From assembly GCA_031411295.1 (NCBI GenBank), contig JANOAV010000212.1:42214-106213 (forward strand): 64,000 nucleotides of DNA, written 5' to 3'. Under the pieces are notes generated by a model. The model did not search any database and was not told the origin of the DNA. It was given only the letters and a program-made list of their open reading frames with translations. Of the stretch, positions 32,275 through 43,700 are shown one piece after another. The translations under genes were made by a program, and so were the position numbers. Positions within the stretch are counted from its first letter, which is position 1. Each line of letters begins with the position of its first letter. The stretch is from Verrucomicrobiales bacterium (GTDB lineage: Bacteria > Verrucomicrobiota > Verrucomicrobiia > Verrucomicrobiales > V1-33).

Positions 32275-32514
32275 TCAGGAGCATTGGGTCCCACAATCCG
32301 GACACTGGGCCACGGGGGTTCTCAATTCTAACTCGCAGACAGGGCATCGGGGTGTGCCGTAGAGCGGGTCGTCGGGATCGTCCCGCAGGCCGCGCAACTG
32401 GATCACGCCGCCACTTTTGAGGCAGTGGATGGGCGCGCCAGCTTCATCTGGAAACGAGAGTTCATCGAAGCAGTGCGTGGTATGGCAGGTGGGGCACCAG
32501 TAAATGATGATCAT
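32275..32514 (-). CDS. Small Cys-rich zinc-ribbon-like protein
   Basis: CPTC, CPVC and CPDC motifs in 79 aa. Confidence 0.55.
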   Translation of the reverse strand: MIIIYWCPTCHTTHCFDELSFPDEAGAPIHCLKSGGVIQLRGLRDDPDDPLYGTPRCPVCELELRTPVAQCPDCGTQCS

Positions 32515-32659
32515 GGTGAGGTGGGGACACGGGGTCACGGCTAAGAAAGCAGACCCACGGAGTTTGTCCACCAGCCACTCGATTTGTTTTGAGAACGGAA
32601 GGACAAACCCGGCGGGGACATTCATGGGCGTGATGGTTGCGATGGCGGGGGCGATGGAC

Positions 32660-32822
32660 TGGTGCCAGCGCACCCGTGCTTCCCTCACCGCAGTTTTCAA
32701 CTTGGTATGACAAAGCCTATCACTCCCCGTAGATGTTCGACCGAATGCTGACGGATCAATGGTGCTCTCCGAATCGGTTCGACACGGTGAATAATTACCG
32801 TTTCTAGCCAGAACTCAGTGGT
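32660..32822 (+). pseudogene. 3' fragment paralogous to the 25572-25850 gene
   Basis: 163-bp ungapped match to 25703-25865 (about 20 mismatches by hand count); internal TAG at 32730-32732. Confidence 0.8.
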
Positions 32823-32834
32823 ATCCCCTCCGGC

Positions 32835-33701
32835 TTACAACTGCGCCAGGTAGGCACGCAGCTCTGCGGCGGTATCCTCTCGCTGGAGGGCGTAGTGCAG
32901 GTTGGCCTTGAGGAAATCCACCTTGTTGCCGATGTCATGACGCTGGCCGGCGTAACGCAGACCATAGCAGGGTTCGCAGGCCAGTAAGGCCCGCATGGCG
33001 TCGGTGAGTTGGATCTCTCCGCCCTTGCCGGGCTTGGTTTCGGCCAGGGTTTGGAAAATGGTGGGGGTGAACAAGTAGCGTGCGGAGACTGCGAACTGAC
33101 TGGGGGCTTCTTCAATGGACGGTTTTTCCACCCAAGTGGAAATCTTCATCAGGCGCTCGCTTTCCATGGTGCCGCCAGCGATCCCGTAGCGACACACTTT
33201 CTCCTGCGGCACGTGTTGGAGTGCCACGACTGAGGCTTGCTTGGAGGAAAATTCGTCGATTAATTGGCCCAGCACCGGCCGGGCCGTGGCCGATTCCAGA
33301 ATGCAATCGCCTAGCATGATGGCGAAGGGATCGTCTCCCACAAAGGAACGAGCGTGCATGACCGCATCTCCCAATCCGCGCATTTCCTGCTGCCAGACGA
33401 ATTGAATCCGAGCCAGGGAATTGAGGCGCTCCACGCTTTCCAGTTCAGCAGACTTACCTTTGGCACGCAGTTCATTTTCCAGCTCTGGCAGACTGTGGAA
33501 ATACTCTTCAATGGCGCGCTTGCCCCGGCTGATGATGAATAGAATGTCCGTGATGCCACTGGCCACGGCCTCCTCCACCACGTATTGCACCACGGGCTTG
33601 TCCACAATGGGGAGCATTTCTTTGGGAATACTTTTGGCAATGGGCAGCAGACGGGTGCCGAATCCGGCGGCAGGGATGATGGCTTTGGTAACGGGAGGCA
33701 T
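32835..33701 (-). CDS. galU: UTP-glucose-1-phosphate uridylyltransferase
   Basis: IPAAGFGTRLLP, PKEMLPIVDKP, GLGDA, VEKP, GEIQLTDA. Confidence 0.95.
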   Translation of the reverse strand: MPPVTKAIIPAAGFGTRLLPIAKSIPKEMLPIVDKPVVQYVVEEAVASGITDILFIISRGKRAIEEYFHSLPELENELRAKGKSAELESVERLNSLARIQFVWQQEMRGLGDAVMHARSFVGDDPFAIMLGDCILESATARPVLGQLIDEFSSKQASVVALQHVPQEKVCRYGIAGGTMESERLMKISTWVEKPSIEEAPSQFAVSARYLFTPTIFQTLAETKPGKGGEIQLTDAMRALLACEPCYGLRYAGQRHDIGNKVDFLKANLHYALQREDTAAELRAYLAQL

Positions 33702-33799
33702 GGGATGGATGGAAAGGAACGGTTCGTAACACAAGCCGAGGCGGCTTCCAAGCGTAAAGCGCCGCCTGCTCGCGAAATCGTGAATTCGCGAATTAACGC

Positions 33800-34522
33800 C
33801 TACCACTCCAAGCTGGTAACGGGCAACCGCGTGGCATTGGTCCTGGATTGCACAATCTGCCCGTCCTTCAAATACAGCACCCGATCCGCCATTTCCGCCA
33901 TGGCGGCATTGTGGGTTATGATCACAGTTAGGGTGCCAAGCTCCCGATTGATCCGTTCGACGGCCTCCAGCACCGCTATCCCCGTGGTCACATCCAGGGC
34001 GCCCGTCGGTTCATCGCAGAGCAACACCTCAGGCCGTTTCGCGATCGCGCGGGCGATGGCCACGCGTTGCTGCTCTCCTCCGGAAAGTTGACTGGGAAAA
34101 TGATCCATGCGGGCAGTCAGGCCCACCATTTCCAGTGCTTCCTCTGGCTTCATGGGGTCGCGGGAGATCTCCGTAATGAGGGCCACATTCTCCCGCGCGG
34201 TCAGGCTGGGGATCAGGTTATAAAACTGGAACACAAATCCCACACAGTTCCGCCGAAACAGGGTCAGCGTCGTTTCGTCCACATTGGTCAGGTCCCACCC
34301 TTTGTAGGCCAGCCGCCCCTCACTCGGCACATCCAACCCGCCCAGAATATTCAGCAAGGTAGATTTGCCACTACCAGAGGCCCCGAGCAGGACCACCAGT
34401 TCACTGGCGCGGAAATCCACCGTCACCCCGTGCAACGCCACCACATCAAGCTCGCCAGTCTGGTAAACTTTGCGCAAGCCTTCAGCAGAAAATATCACAG
34501 GCGATTCGGGGGGAGCACTCAC
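33800..34522 (-). CDS. LolD/MacB-type ABC ATP-binding protein
   Basis: [44 protein letters not shown] start chosen because the longer ORF runs into the tRNA. Confidence 0.9.
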   Translation of the reverse strand: MSAPPESPVIFSAEGLRKVYQTGELDVVALHGVTVDFRASELVVLLGASGSGKSTLLNILGGLDVPSEGRLAYKGWDLTNVDETTLTLFRRNCVGFVFQFYNLIPSLTARENVALITEISRDPMKPEEALEMVGLTARMDHFPSQLSGGEQQRVAIARAIAKRPEVLLCDEPTGALDVTTGIAVLEAVERINRELGTLTVIITHNAAMAEMADRVLYLKDGQIVQSRTNATRLPVTSLEW

Positions 34523-34573
34523 AGATTTCCAAACAGGCCGCGAATCTTCCGGGAGGCAAGCGATTCGTGAAAG

Positions 34574-34645
34574 TAGCTCCAGCGGGGATCGAACCCACAT
34601 TTGACGTTTAGGAAACACCCGTTCTATCCATTGAACTATGGAGCC
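34574..34645 (-). tRNA. tRNA-Arg(CCT)
   Basis: Reverse complement GGCTCCATAGTTCAATGGATAGAAC...TTCCTAA...GGGTTCGATCCC...TGGAGCTA. Confidence 0.93.
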
Positions 34646-34842
34646 ATTTGATGATCAGCGAGTTACGCGGATTTTTCGGTAGAAAAAACGGGCGACCTGC
34701 TAATAGGAGCGCGCAAACGTCCATGCAAATCCACCCATGCTTTTCCTCGCAGATTATTCCATCTATTACCCAATCCGCAACATGTTGTGTAGGATTTCGG
34801 TCCTTGGCACTAGTTTGAAGGCATCGCAAATTTTTTTCCTGC

Positions 34843-35166
34843 TCAGCGCAGCCTCTTGGCTTCCTTGATCCGCTCCCGGAAATAGTAGGGGCGGCGTTTT
34901 CCGTGGGCGAGCGCAAGCACCACCACACGCTGCTGCCATAGCATAAATGCCAGATACCACTCGCTGAATTGCGGTTCCAGATTAACCCTCCGCACCTTTA
35001 ATGCCCGCTCGCGATAAAGCAATGGAGCCGCTTGGATGGCAGCGAAATGTTGGGAAATGCACCGCTCGAAATCCAGTGCTATCTCTGCCCCGGCCTCCAA
35101 GGCATAGTAGCGGATGGCGTCGTTGAATTCCTCCCAGACGGCTGGATGAGTCAGCGGCAAACTCAT
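34843..35166 (-). CDS. RelE/ParE family toxin
   Basis: HPAVWEEFNDAIRYY...VVVLALAHGKRRPYY; ATGA-coupled to the antitoxin. Confidence 0.85.
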   Translation of the reverse strand: MSLPLTHPAVWEEFNDAIRYYALEAGAEIALDFERCISQHFAAIQAAPLLYRERALKVRRVNLEPQFSEWYLAFMLWQQRVVVLALAHGKRRPYYFRERIKEAKRLR

Positions 35167-35450
35167 GCGGACAGATTCGTGCGCGGCGTGCGCTCGATGC
35201 CTAATTCTTCGAATAAGGCTTGCGTCCGCTGCTCGAACTCCGCTCCCGATACCAGTTCCACTTTCCCAGTCTGAAGGTCGTTCACTCGGCTGGCTATCTC
35301 CGCCTCCCATGCGCTGGCGGCTTCCGCGTCTGTTTCGTCGGCTGGTTCCACCGCTTCAAAACGACTCCGCAGCGAGGAATAGAATCGATACTGCTCGGAT
35401 CGTGGCAGTTCATCCACCTCGTGCATTAAGTTCTCTAGGGTCCGGCTCAT
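35163..35450 (-). CDS. Addiction-module antitoxin (TIGR02574-like)
   Basis: AWEAEIASRVNDLQTGKVE motif; directly upstream of the ParE toxin. Confidence 0.82.
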   Translation of the reverse strand: MSRTLENLMHEVDELPRSEQYRFYSSLRSRFEAVEPADETDAEAASAWEAEIASRVNDLQTGKVELVSGAEFEQRTQALFEELGIERTPRTNLSA

Positions 35451-35561
35451 GATAGCGCAAATTTAGTCCCAGCGCGGCGGTGTGTCAATCTGCTACTCGA
35501 AACGAACGTCCAGTGGGTAATCGGCATCGACTGGACGGATGAGGGGATTCATGAGGGGAAG

Positions 35562-36293
35562 CTACCGCCGTTGCCACCGCGTGCCTTCCGCGATGGTATG
35601 CTGATATTTACGGGAGTGTTCGCGAATCAGGAATGGCAGATCTTGTCGCTCCTGGAGTTGGAAGGTCGCATCCAAATGTTGGTGGAGCCACGCCAAGGTC
35701 GTGCCTTGAGGCCAATGGGCTGACGGCGTGAAGTCTTCGAGCCAAGTGCACGGAGTGGTGAGAATGAGGCTCCCACCCGGATTTACCAATTCTGGCAAGC
35801 GCTGGAGTAAACGTTCCGGATCAGTTAGGCGACAAAGCAAATTAGCCGCGTGCACCAGATCGAACGTTCCCAGATCCGGTGGCAACTGCATGGCATCCCC
35901 TTGCTGAAAATGAATCCTTTCGGGTAGTCCATCGGCTGGGGCGGAAGCGTTCAGGGTCGTGAAGTGGTGCCCTTCATCGTGGCGTTGATAGGCAATGGAT
36001 TCACCTTGGCGCAAGCGCTCGGCGGCCTGAACGAAGCTCTGTGAGTAATCGATTCCGATCACCTCCGAGTAATGTTTACTCAGCTCAAAACTGGAGCGGC
36101 CCACGGCACACCCCAAGTCCAAGGCTCTGGTGCAGGATCCCGTGGTGGGCAGTAACTGGCTTACCGTCCGCACGGCAAAATCAAGCGCGGCAGAGGGCAA
36201 TGAGGGATGGGAAATCAATTCGGCTTCCGTGCCGTAGTGGAAGAGGAGATACTCGCTGAGCAGGCGGGGCGTTTCGTAAAGGGGCGTGGACAT
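35562..36293 (-). CDS. SAM-dependent methyltransferase resembling the OvoA C-terminal mercaptohistidine methyltransferase domain
   Basis: YETPRLLSEYLLFHYG, ALDLGCAVGRSSFEL, ANLLCRL, PCTWLEDFT, PFLIREHSRKYQ. Confidence 0.8.
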   Translation of the reverse strand: MSTPLYETPRLLSEYLLFHYGTEAELISHPSLPSAALDFAVRTVSQLLPTTGSCTRALDLGCAVGRSSFELSKHYSEVIGIDYSQSFVQAAERLRQGESIAYQRHDEGHHFTTLNASAPADGLPERIHFQQGDAMQLPPDLGTFDLVHAANLLCRLTDPERLLQRLPELVNPGGSLILTTPCTWLEDFTPSAHWPQGTTLAWLHQHLDATFQLQERQDLPFLIREHSRKYQHTIAEGTRWQRR

Positions 36294-36315
36294 GAGGGTT
36301 AGTGAAACCAACCGA

Positions 36316-37497
36316 CTACGCCAGGGCCTCCAGCAAATACTGACTGGGGCGGAAGTGTTCGATGAGGATTTCCCGTTGGTCGCCCCGCTTCATGCGCACT
36401 TGGCTGATATCGAAATTGGGCGTCTTGTGAGGTGCGAAGAGGATGTCGTCGTGCGTGGCGTTGCGGTGCTTCTTGAACAGGTCAGGGGTGATGTGCCCAC
36501 CCAGATGGTCATCGCGTCCGGTAGCCATGTGACAGGTGCCGAGGACTTTCTCATCCTGAATGTCCGCCCCGGAAACCGGCAGCACCTGGGTGCCGAAGCC
36601 CAGTTCGCCCAAGACGCCAGTCATGGGATCGTCGGCAAGCTTGGCGTTGTGTTCGTCGATCGTCTTTTGATTGCCCGCAATGAAGGTGGACTTGATGATG
36701 CGACCACCCACGACGGTCAGTTTCCCTAACGTGCCGTCTTCGTATTTCATGGGAAACATTCCTTCGGCTCCGGTCGGAACGAAATAAACCTCACCTGCGG
36801 GCAGGTTCGCGATGTCTGGCTTGGTGCCGCGGCAGAGGCCGTGACTCTTCTGAGCTTCCTGGCCGCTGAGTTCGAGTTTAGCGGTGAGCACTTCGCCTGT
36901 CTCCAAGGTGAAATCGATCTCAATTTCATCCGCGTTGGTCATGGCGAGGCGGAGTTTCTCGGCATTGACGCTGACCTCGTTGTAATCCACCGCCAGGCCG
37001 GTGCTGAGGATGACGTCATTCACCCCATGCATGGTGGCCCCACGGAAATTGTATTTCTTGGCCATGGCCGTGAGCGGGGCGGTGGCACTAAAGGTGGTGA
37101 TGCAGAGGATGAGATCGTAGTCTGGATAAATGTCATTTTCCAAGCTCAACTCCTGGCCCTGTGCGTCCACGACGCGGTCCTCCAGATCCAAGTTGCTGCC
37201 ATAGGTCATGGGGATGGCATACATTTCCCCACCAATCATCCCGAGTTGTGCCATGACGCCGTTTTGCAGCCCCAGATAGAAGACGTCGTGCGCTTTGCGC
37301 TGGATGGCCCATTGGGGATCCTGGAGAAAGGCGTAGTCCTTCATTCCCTGCGGGTCTGGCAAATCGATTAAGACACAGACCTTGCGACCTTTGACAGGTT
37401 CAAAGACGGTATGCAGCAGCCGACCGAGGTCGAACGGCGGGAACTGACGTTGGGCTGGATCGAGGATGATTTCAGGGGCGAGCGTATTCATAGGCAT
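36316..37497 (-). CDS. M29-like aminopeptidase family protein
   Basis: NLPAGEVY, LGELGFG, DEKVLGTCHMATG, THDD. Confidence 0.75.
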   Translation of the reverse strand: MPMNTLAPEIILDPAQRQFPPFDLGRLLHTVFEPVKGRKVCVLIDLPDPQGMKDYAFLQDPQWAIQRKAHDVFYLGLQNGVMAQLGMIGGEMYAIPMTYGSNLDLEDRVVDAQGQELSLENDIYPDYDLILCITTFSATAPLTAMAKKYNFRGATMHGVNDVILSTGLAVDYNEVSVNAEKLRLAMTNADEIEIDFTLETGEVLTAKLELSGQEAQKSHGLCRGTKPDIANLPAGEVYFVPTGAEGMFPMKYEDGTLGKLTVVGGRIIKSTFIAGNQKTIDEHNAKLADDPMTGVLGELGFGTQVLPVSGADIQDEKVLGTCHMATGRDDHLGGHITPDLFKKHRNATHDDILFAPHKTPNFDISQVRMKRGDQREILIEHFRPSQYLLEALA

Positions 37498-37627
37498 GGA
37501 ATTTTAAAATCTAAGGGATAACGAAACGAATCCTTCAGGACAATGGAGGCCGGGGCAGCTACATTTTCAAAAGAAATTTCCAGTGCATTCGTGGGGACTC
37601 GCCCAGCGCCAAGGTTTCGGCACTGTG

Positions 37628-37692
37628 AATGTGGGACAGCCCGCTGGGCTGCTCAGGCCTTTGGAGATCAGCCCAGCGGGCTGACCCACATT
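37628..37692. repeat. Long inverted repeat / REP doublet, possible terminator
   Basis: AATGTGGGACAGCCCGCTGGGCTG...CAGCCCAGCGGGCTGACCCACATT, downstream of the LTD/CotH gene. Confidence 0.7.
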
Positions 37693-37744
37693 CTTTTGCA
37701 GATCTCGAAATCTGAAGGTAAATGGACTCAGTGGGAGGATGCGG

Positions 37745-40700
37745 CTACGGCAGCAACTCCGTCTTCACCCGGAAGAAACTGCGCGGATGCGCGGCCACGA
37801 GATCCGGGTCCGTGACCACAACCGTGACGCGCGAGCTGCTAGGCGCACTGGTGCTGACAGTGGCGGTGCCACTCCAGGTTCCAGCTCCGGTCTTGGTGGC
37901 TATAGTCGTCCAGCCGGTTAGCTGATCCCCAACTTGCACCAGATAACGGATGTCGGCAGGGCAAACCACGGGCAGGCTGAAGGTGCCTTCCATTTGGGTA
38001 TTGGTGGGATTGAAGCTGGCGGTGATTTGCGCTTTCTCCGCGTCGGGAAGCTTGGGATCCAAGGCCAGAGCATATTCCAGCAGGTGCTCCAGACCATCGT
38101 GATCCAGATCGTTATTGGCTCCGGGGGCGCTCAGAGCAGTTTGCCAAGTGGCGAAGTTGAAGACGGCGGTGCCACCACCAGGGGATCCGCCGACATTGAC
38201 CGATGCTTGCCAGGAAGCTTTATCAGCAAAGGCAGCCCGGGAAACTAACGGATCCACAATTTGCAAGGTGGAGCCCGCCCCGAAGGCTGCTGAATACCAC
38301 TCAGCTTGATAGGTAAAGCACATTATGTTGGCAGTGTATGGCTCCGGTAACGTTAGCGCGATTTGCTCGCCAGCGTTGTCGAGTTTGCCGATGAATGGGC
38401 CCACCACGTTCGCGATGCCAGTGAAGGCGCTCGGGGTTTTAGCCACGACTGCGAAGGCCCCGGGAGCAAGGCTCATGGTGCCGAAGGTGTAGGTGATTCC
38501 GGACGTGAAACGCACACCAGTGATGTCCAGCGTCTTGGTGGTGCTGGTGTTCTTAATTTCCACGAACTCGAAGTTCGCTCCATTGAGCGGAGCATATTGC
38601 ACTTCCGTGATGCGCAGGAAGGCCATGAGGTCTAGCATCCGTTGATAAACGAGATCCACCGATGGCGACGTGACCGTGGTGACCTCGGCATCCAGCTTCA
38701 GCGCGAAGACTACGTCCGAGCTGGAGACGGCGTTTTGGTGAACTTCCACTGCCAGCACGTTCGTGTTAGTGCCTGTGGCAAGTCCCGTGGCATCCAAGGT
38801 CACAGGGCCAATCTGAGCGGCCTCCAAACTGCCGGAAGCCGAAGTAGTGGGCGCCAGTGCACCAGCTGGCATGTTGTAGCGGAAGGTGGTGCCGCTGCTG
38901 GTGACTTCCGTGCCGTTCAGATAGAACGCGGCACCGTCATCAATGATGTGGGTTAGTTTAAGCACGGTGGTCACAGTAGCCCCAGACGGTGGGGTATCGG
39001 GCGCGTAGGAAAAGACCGTGCGGAAATAATCCACATTTTCCGCCGCGGCACCATGAATCAACGGCGTCACGATCGCTGGCAAGGCCGCAGGATAGGTGGG
39101 GTCCAGCGCCAGCGGGGCGCCACCGCTGCCCCAACTGTTCAGCGGGGCTACGGGCGAAGTTGTGGTCGTTCGCGTGGGCGGCACGAAACTCAGGTTCTTC
39201 CAATTCACATCTACCACCGGAGCACCGGCATTTGTGGTGGAACCATACTGATCATAGAAACGCCACGTGCCATTCATGGCAATGAGCGGATAGGTTTTCG
39301 TTGTCGTGGTGCCAGCCACAGTAGTGCCATTTGGCAGGCCGAAGGTGGGCAGAGCCAGCGGGGTGATCGTGGCACTGCCATCCGGGGAACGACCTTCCGC
39401 CACGTCTGACTGGGCACAGGTGATGGCCACGTAATCAACGGTTTTGCCGGTGGGATCTGTCAGCATGAGCCAATCGTAAAATGCATCCAACTTGAACGGC
39501 AAATGATTCGCCTGCATTCCGATGGTGCCGTCTGCGATCAAGCTGGCGTAGCCTTTCCCGGCCACGAACGACAACGGAGGAAATTGATAGGCCATTGGAT
39601 TGTCAGGCGTGTCGGTCAGGTAAAATCCGCCGATATTTCCTGGCAGGACGTTCGTGTTATAGAGTTCGATCTGATCGTCCTTGAAGGAAATCTCGCTATT
39701 GGCGAGCCACTCGTTGAAGAGCACGTGGCCAGGACAATCGTTGGGCTGTTGCACGTTGGCGCTGCCCAGCGTTGGGCTGTTCAGATCCCAATGACGATCC
39801 AAGCCCACACGGCCAATCGATTTGTCCGGAAGCTGCAAGCCGAAGGTCACGGAGTCCACCGTGGTCCAAGTAGCTCCGTTAGGGCTGGAAAGCACGACGC
39901 TCTCGCCATCGCCATCCAGCGAGAAGCCGAGATGCGTGCCGGGATTGCCGTCGGGTGCATCTGCGAAAAGCACCAGATAACCGCCAGCAGGAATCGAGGT
40001 CGTGGCAGGGAAAACGAATTTTGCGGGCGCGGCAGCGTCATCAGAAATGGCCCAGCCACTGATGTCCACGGCGGTGGCGCGGGGATTGTAGAGTTCGATT
40101 ACATCAGGATGTGCCGCACCATTCAGCACGCTAGTCAGGTTCGTCGCCAGCATTTCGTTGATGACCACGGGAGCCAGATAACTGGGGTCCACAGTCCAGG
40201 TGTAAACGGTGGGATTCACTTGATAGTCACCCGCATCATTCTTGCCGATGACCTGAATCGTGTGGCTGCCGGTGGTTAGGCCGGAAAGCGTGATCTGGGT
40301 GGCGGAGGGCGTTTCCACACTGTAGGCACCGGTGTCCAGCTTCCATTTGTAAGCCGTGAAGCCATAAGGATAGGCTGGCACGATGGCTCCGGGAGGATTG
40401 AAAATTCCGTTGGGTCCGACCGTGATGGTTGCACTGTTGACGGTAGTGGTGCTGGCTGGAATTCCGGTTAGGGTGACGCCGTAGGGAATCAAGCCACCCT
40501 TGTCCAAACCGCCCGGACCACTGCCTTTGGCGGGGCTGCCTGGGCAAAGGGCGAACGCAGCATTGGCGCGCTTGCGAAGCAATTCGTAGTCGGATTCAAA
40601 CTCCACTTTATCCAGCGAGAGTTCGGAGAATAAATCGTAGTGCATCAACGGATCCGCCACCAGATTGCCGGTGCCAGGCCCGGTCCAAGCTACGGGCATG

Positions 40701-43700
40701 ATGTTATTGTTCATCGTAACCCAGAGTTTGGTGCCATCATAATTTGCCACCAGCGCATTGATGTCCCAGAGGATGTTATTTTCAATGATGGCTCCAGCGC
40801 CACCGGATGCTGGAGGAATTCCAGCGGCATCATCTGAGAAGTTAAACGCCGCAATATCCACCCCCACGCTGCCGTAAGTGCTCTGACCCGTGACTTTATA
40901 GACACTGTTATTGATAAACGTATGACGGGCAGCCTTCGTGTTCGGACCACCGTTCACGCCTTTGGCGAGCACCGCGTGATCCGTGTCGTAGAACAGATTA
41001 CCGATGATCGTCCACTCGGAAATGTCTGCCGTGTCATTACCGCCGGAAATACAGCTCCCGGTGTCCACAATATCTGTCCGTGCCGGATCCTGATGGGTGT
41101 GCATGAACACGTTTCCTGCAATAAAGGCATCCGTGCTGTCCAAGTCCAGACAGTCATCAGTAGCAGCTGTGAAAATGTTGTCGATATATTGGGTAATGGC
41201 GTTAGCGCGATTCCCACCCGTGAAATCGATGATGTCATTGAAGCCATACGTATGGCCGAACACATTGCCGCGGAAAATGCCGTAACCACCCGCTGGCAAG
41301 CCCCCCACCCCATGCAACATTTCCGGTCGCCCGAAGCCGCCCGTGCCATTGGCGGGTGGATATCCTGCAGGCTTGGAATACGTTTGGAAATAGGAATTGG
41401 CGATGATGAACGAACTGGTATCGGCGGAGAAATATTCCGCGTCACTGTTGGTGAATTGGCAGTGATCTACATACAATTTCGAACCCCCGTTGGAGAACAG
41501 CGTGGCATTGTGCGAGCCGACCGTTTTCCCGCCACCATACTCGATGTCCGCCCACACGATGCGGGATTCGTTAGTGGCGGCATTGAGATAAATGGCGCTG
41601 TAGGCGTCCGTGGTGCCTGGTTTCCGTGTGAAACGAATGTGGTTATACTGCGTGCCTTCTGCCAGCAATCGACCGGTGCCTGAGATTGTAAAACCGAACG
41701 CAGGTCCCATGTAAACCGTAGTGCCTGGCTGGATGGTCAGCGTCACCCCAGCACCAATGGTCACATCCGCTGTAACGCGGTAAGGGCCGCCGGCTGCGGT
41801 CCACGTGGTGTTTGCGGCAATCGCGCCACTCTTGTTGGTCTCGGCCACGTTATACCAGATATCATAATATTTGTAGCGGACGTGTTCTCCCGCAGCGTTC
41901 TTTTCCTCCAGCGTCACGCGGTTAATCCCGGGATTCAACGCAGTCAATCCACCCAGCACGGAGCCGGCCGTGCCTGCCACCACTTCACAATTGAAACGAC
42001 AATCAGAACTGGTTAGGTTATTCTGGTGGACTTCTGCCGCCAGCACGTTATCTCCGGTCAAGAGGCTCGCTGCCGGAAACGTGAACGTGATCCATTCATC
42101 CTCCACGGTGGGGCTGTTAGTTGCCTGGGTATTGTAGAGAACGGTTGGTAACGTTGCCACCGTCGGCATGCCTTCACGGCCGATTTCCGTCCCATTTAAA
42201 TAGAGCACAACGCCATCATCCCGCTGCACGCGGACCGTGATGTTCCCGGTATATTTCGCAGGATTGGGGACGGTGAAATGCTTGCGAAAATAGTTGGTGA
42301 TATGCGTGCTCTGGCCATTGGCCACATTCGCTCCGCCGATGATTGTGGTCGCACCATCCACATTGGCTGGACTGTAACCTAACGGAGAAGCACCTGCCGC
42401 CCAGCCGGTATCCGTAAAGAGCCGCGGAATCCAAGTGGTGCCCAGATCCGTGCCTCCATCGAAATATTTCCAAGCATCACCCGGAGCAATGAGCGTGTCC
42501 GGGGTGCCCGCATTAGTCCAGGTTCCGGCTTTGATGTCGATGGTGGCGGGGACTCCATTGATCAGCACTTGGGAAGCGTTGGTGCTATCAAAACTTCCTG
42601 CCAGCGAGGGGATCGCGCTGGTGATCGTTTGCGGATAGCCGCTGACGACCGCAGGGCCTGTAGTGACCGCCAGCGCAGGGACGATCTTATTGAGAATACC
42701 CTGGCGACGGCCAATCGGATTGGCCCCGCCATCGCCATCCATAAATTGTTTCACTGTGGTCTTGATGGTCGTCACATCACCCGCCGCCCAGCCCGCATTC
42801 GCAAGACTCCGATCCACTAACGCATCGAATTGAGTCTTGGAAAATGGCCCGTTGAGCAAGTCGCGCAGGTATTGATGATACTGCACCACGGCGGTGGGTT
42901 GGTTAAAGAGGGGGACCAATTTGTCGAACACATCGCCACCCTTCCCGGCCTCCACGGCATCATAGATCGTGTTGTTGGGACTCGTTTGAATGTCCGCCAG
43001 CGTAATGACCGATGCATCTCCCAGCCCCAAAATGGTGTCCATATCGTGGAATAGGACTTGGAACTTGTTGTTCGTGACCCCGGCATACATCGAGTAATCA
43101 TCGTCCCGACCATTGAGCAGGTTCGTTTCGCCATTAGTTAGGATGGTGGAAACCGCCATCGTTTTGAGCCATTGATTTACCTCCAGCACGTTCCCGACAT
43201 TTGTGAGATAACCGGACGCGGGAGCGCCCACCCCAGCGGTCATGGTGGAAACGAAATTGTGCAGGTCCGCGAAATTCATGCTGGAAGTGTTATTCTGCTT
43301 TTCCCAACCCTCCCCGGTGGCAGCAGTGCCAATTCCAGCGTAGAACGCAGGAGCTGTGGCCAAAGAAGCCGCCACCGCCCACTCGCCACCACCGCTACCG
43401 CGTTTGGTATAAAGATTGCCGGAGGAATCCGTCGGATAGTGATGTTTAATAAAGTCCCGATTGATCGGCTCCACGTGCGCCATCAGGCCGTAATTGCGAA
43501 CCCAGTGGGCTTCGTCCTGGCCGGTGGTGAGGCCGGTTACGGAGTTTCTTGCCAGCCGATTCACCGAATTCCAACGCACTTGGACCGGCTTGGCATCGGC
43601 ACAGACGATACCGGAAGCGTGACCCAATTGAGCACCCAGAAACTGTAAATAAGTATATTGCGCATTGAGATTCACCCCAGTATTTCCCTGCCAGGGCTGC

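Noticed and set aside
34523..34618. N-terminal extension of the ABC ATPase
   Set aside because: It overlaps tRNA-Arg
34804..34820. Sigma-54 promoter TTGGCACTAGTTTGAAG
   Set aside because: Wrong spacing, no -12 GC, and no downstream gene on that strand
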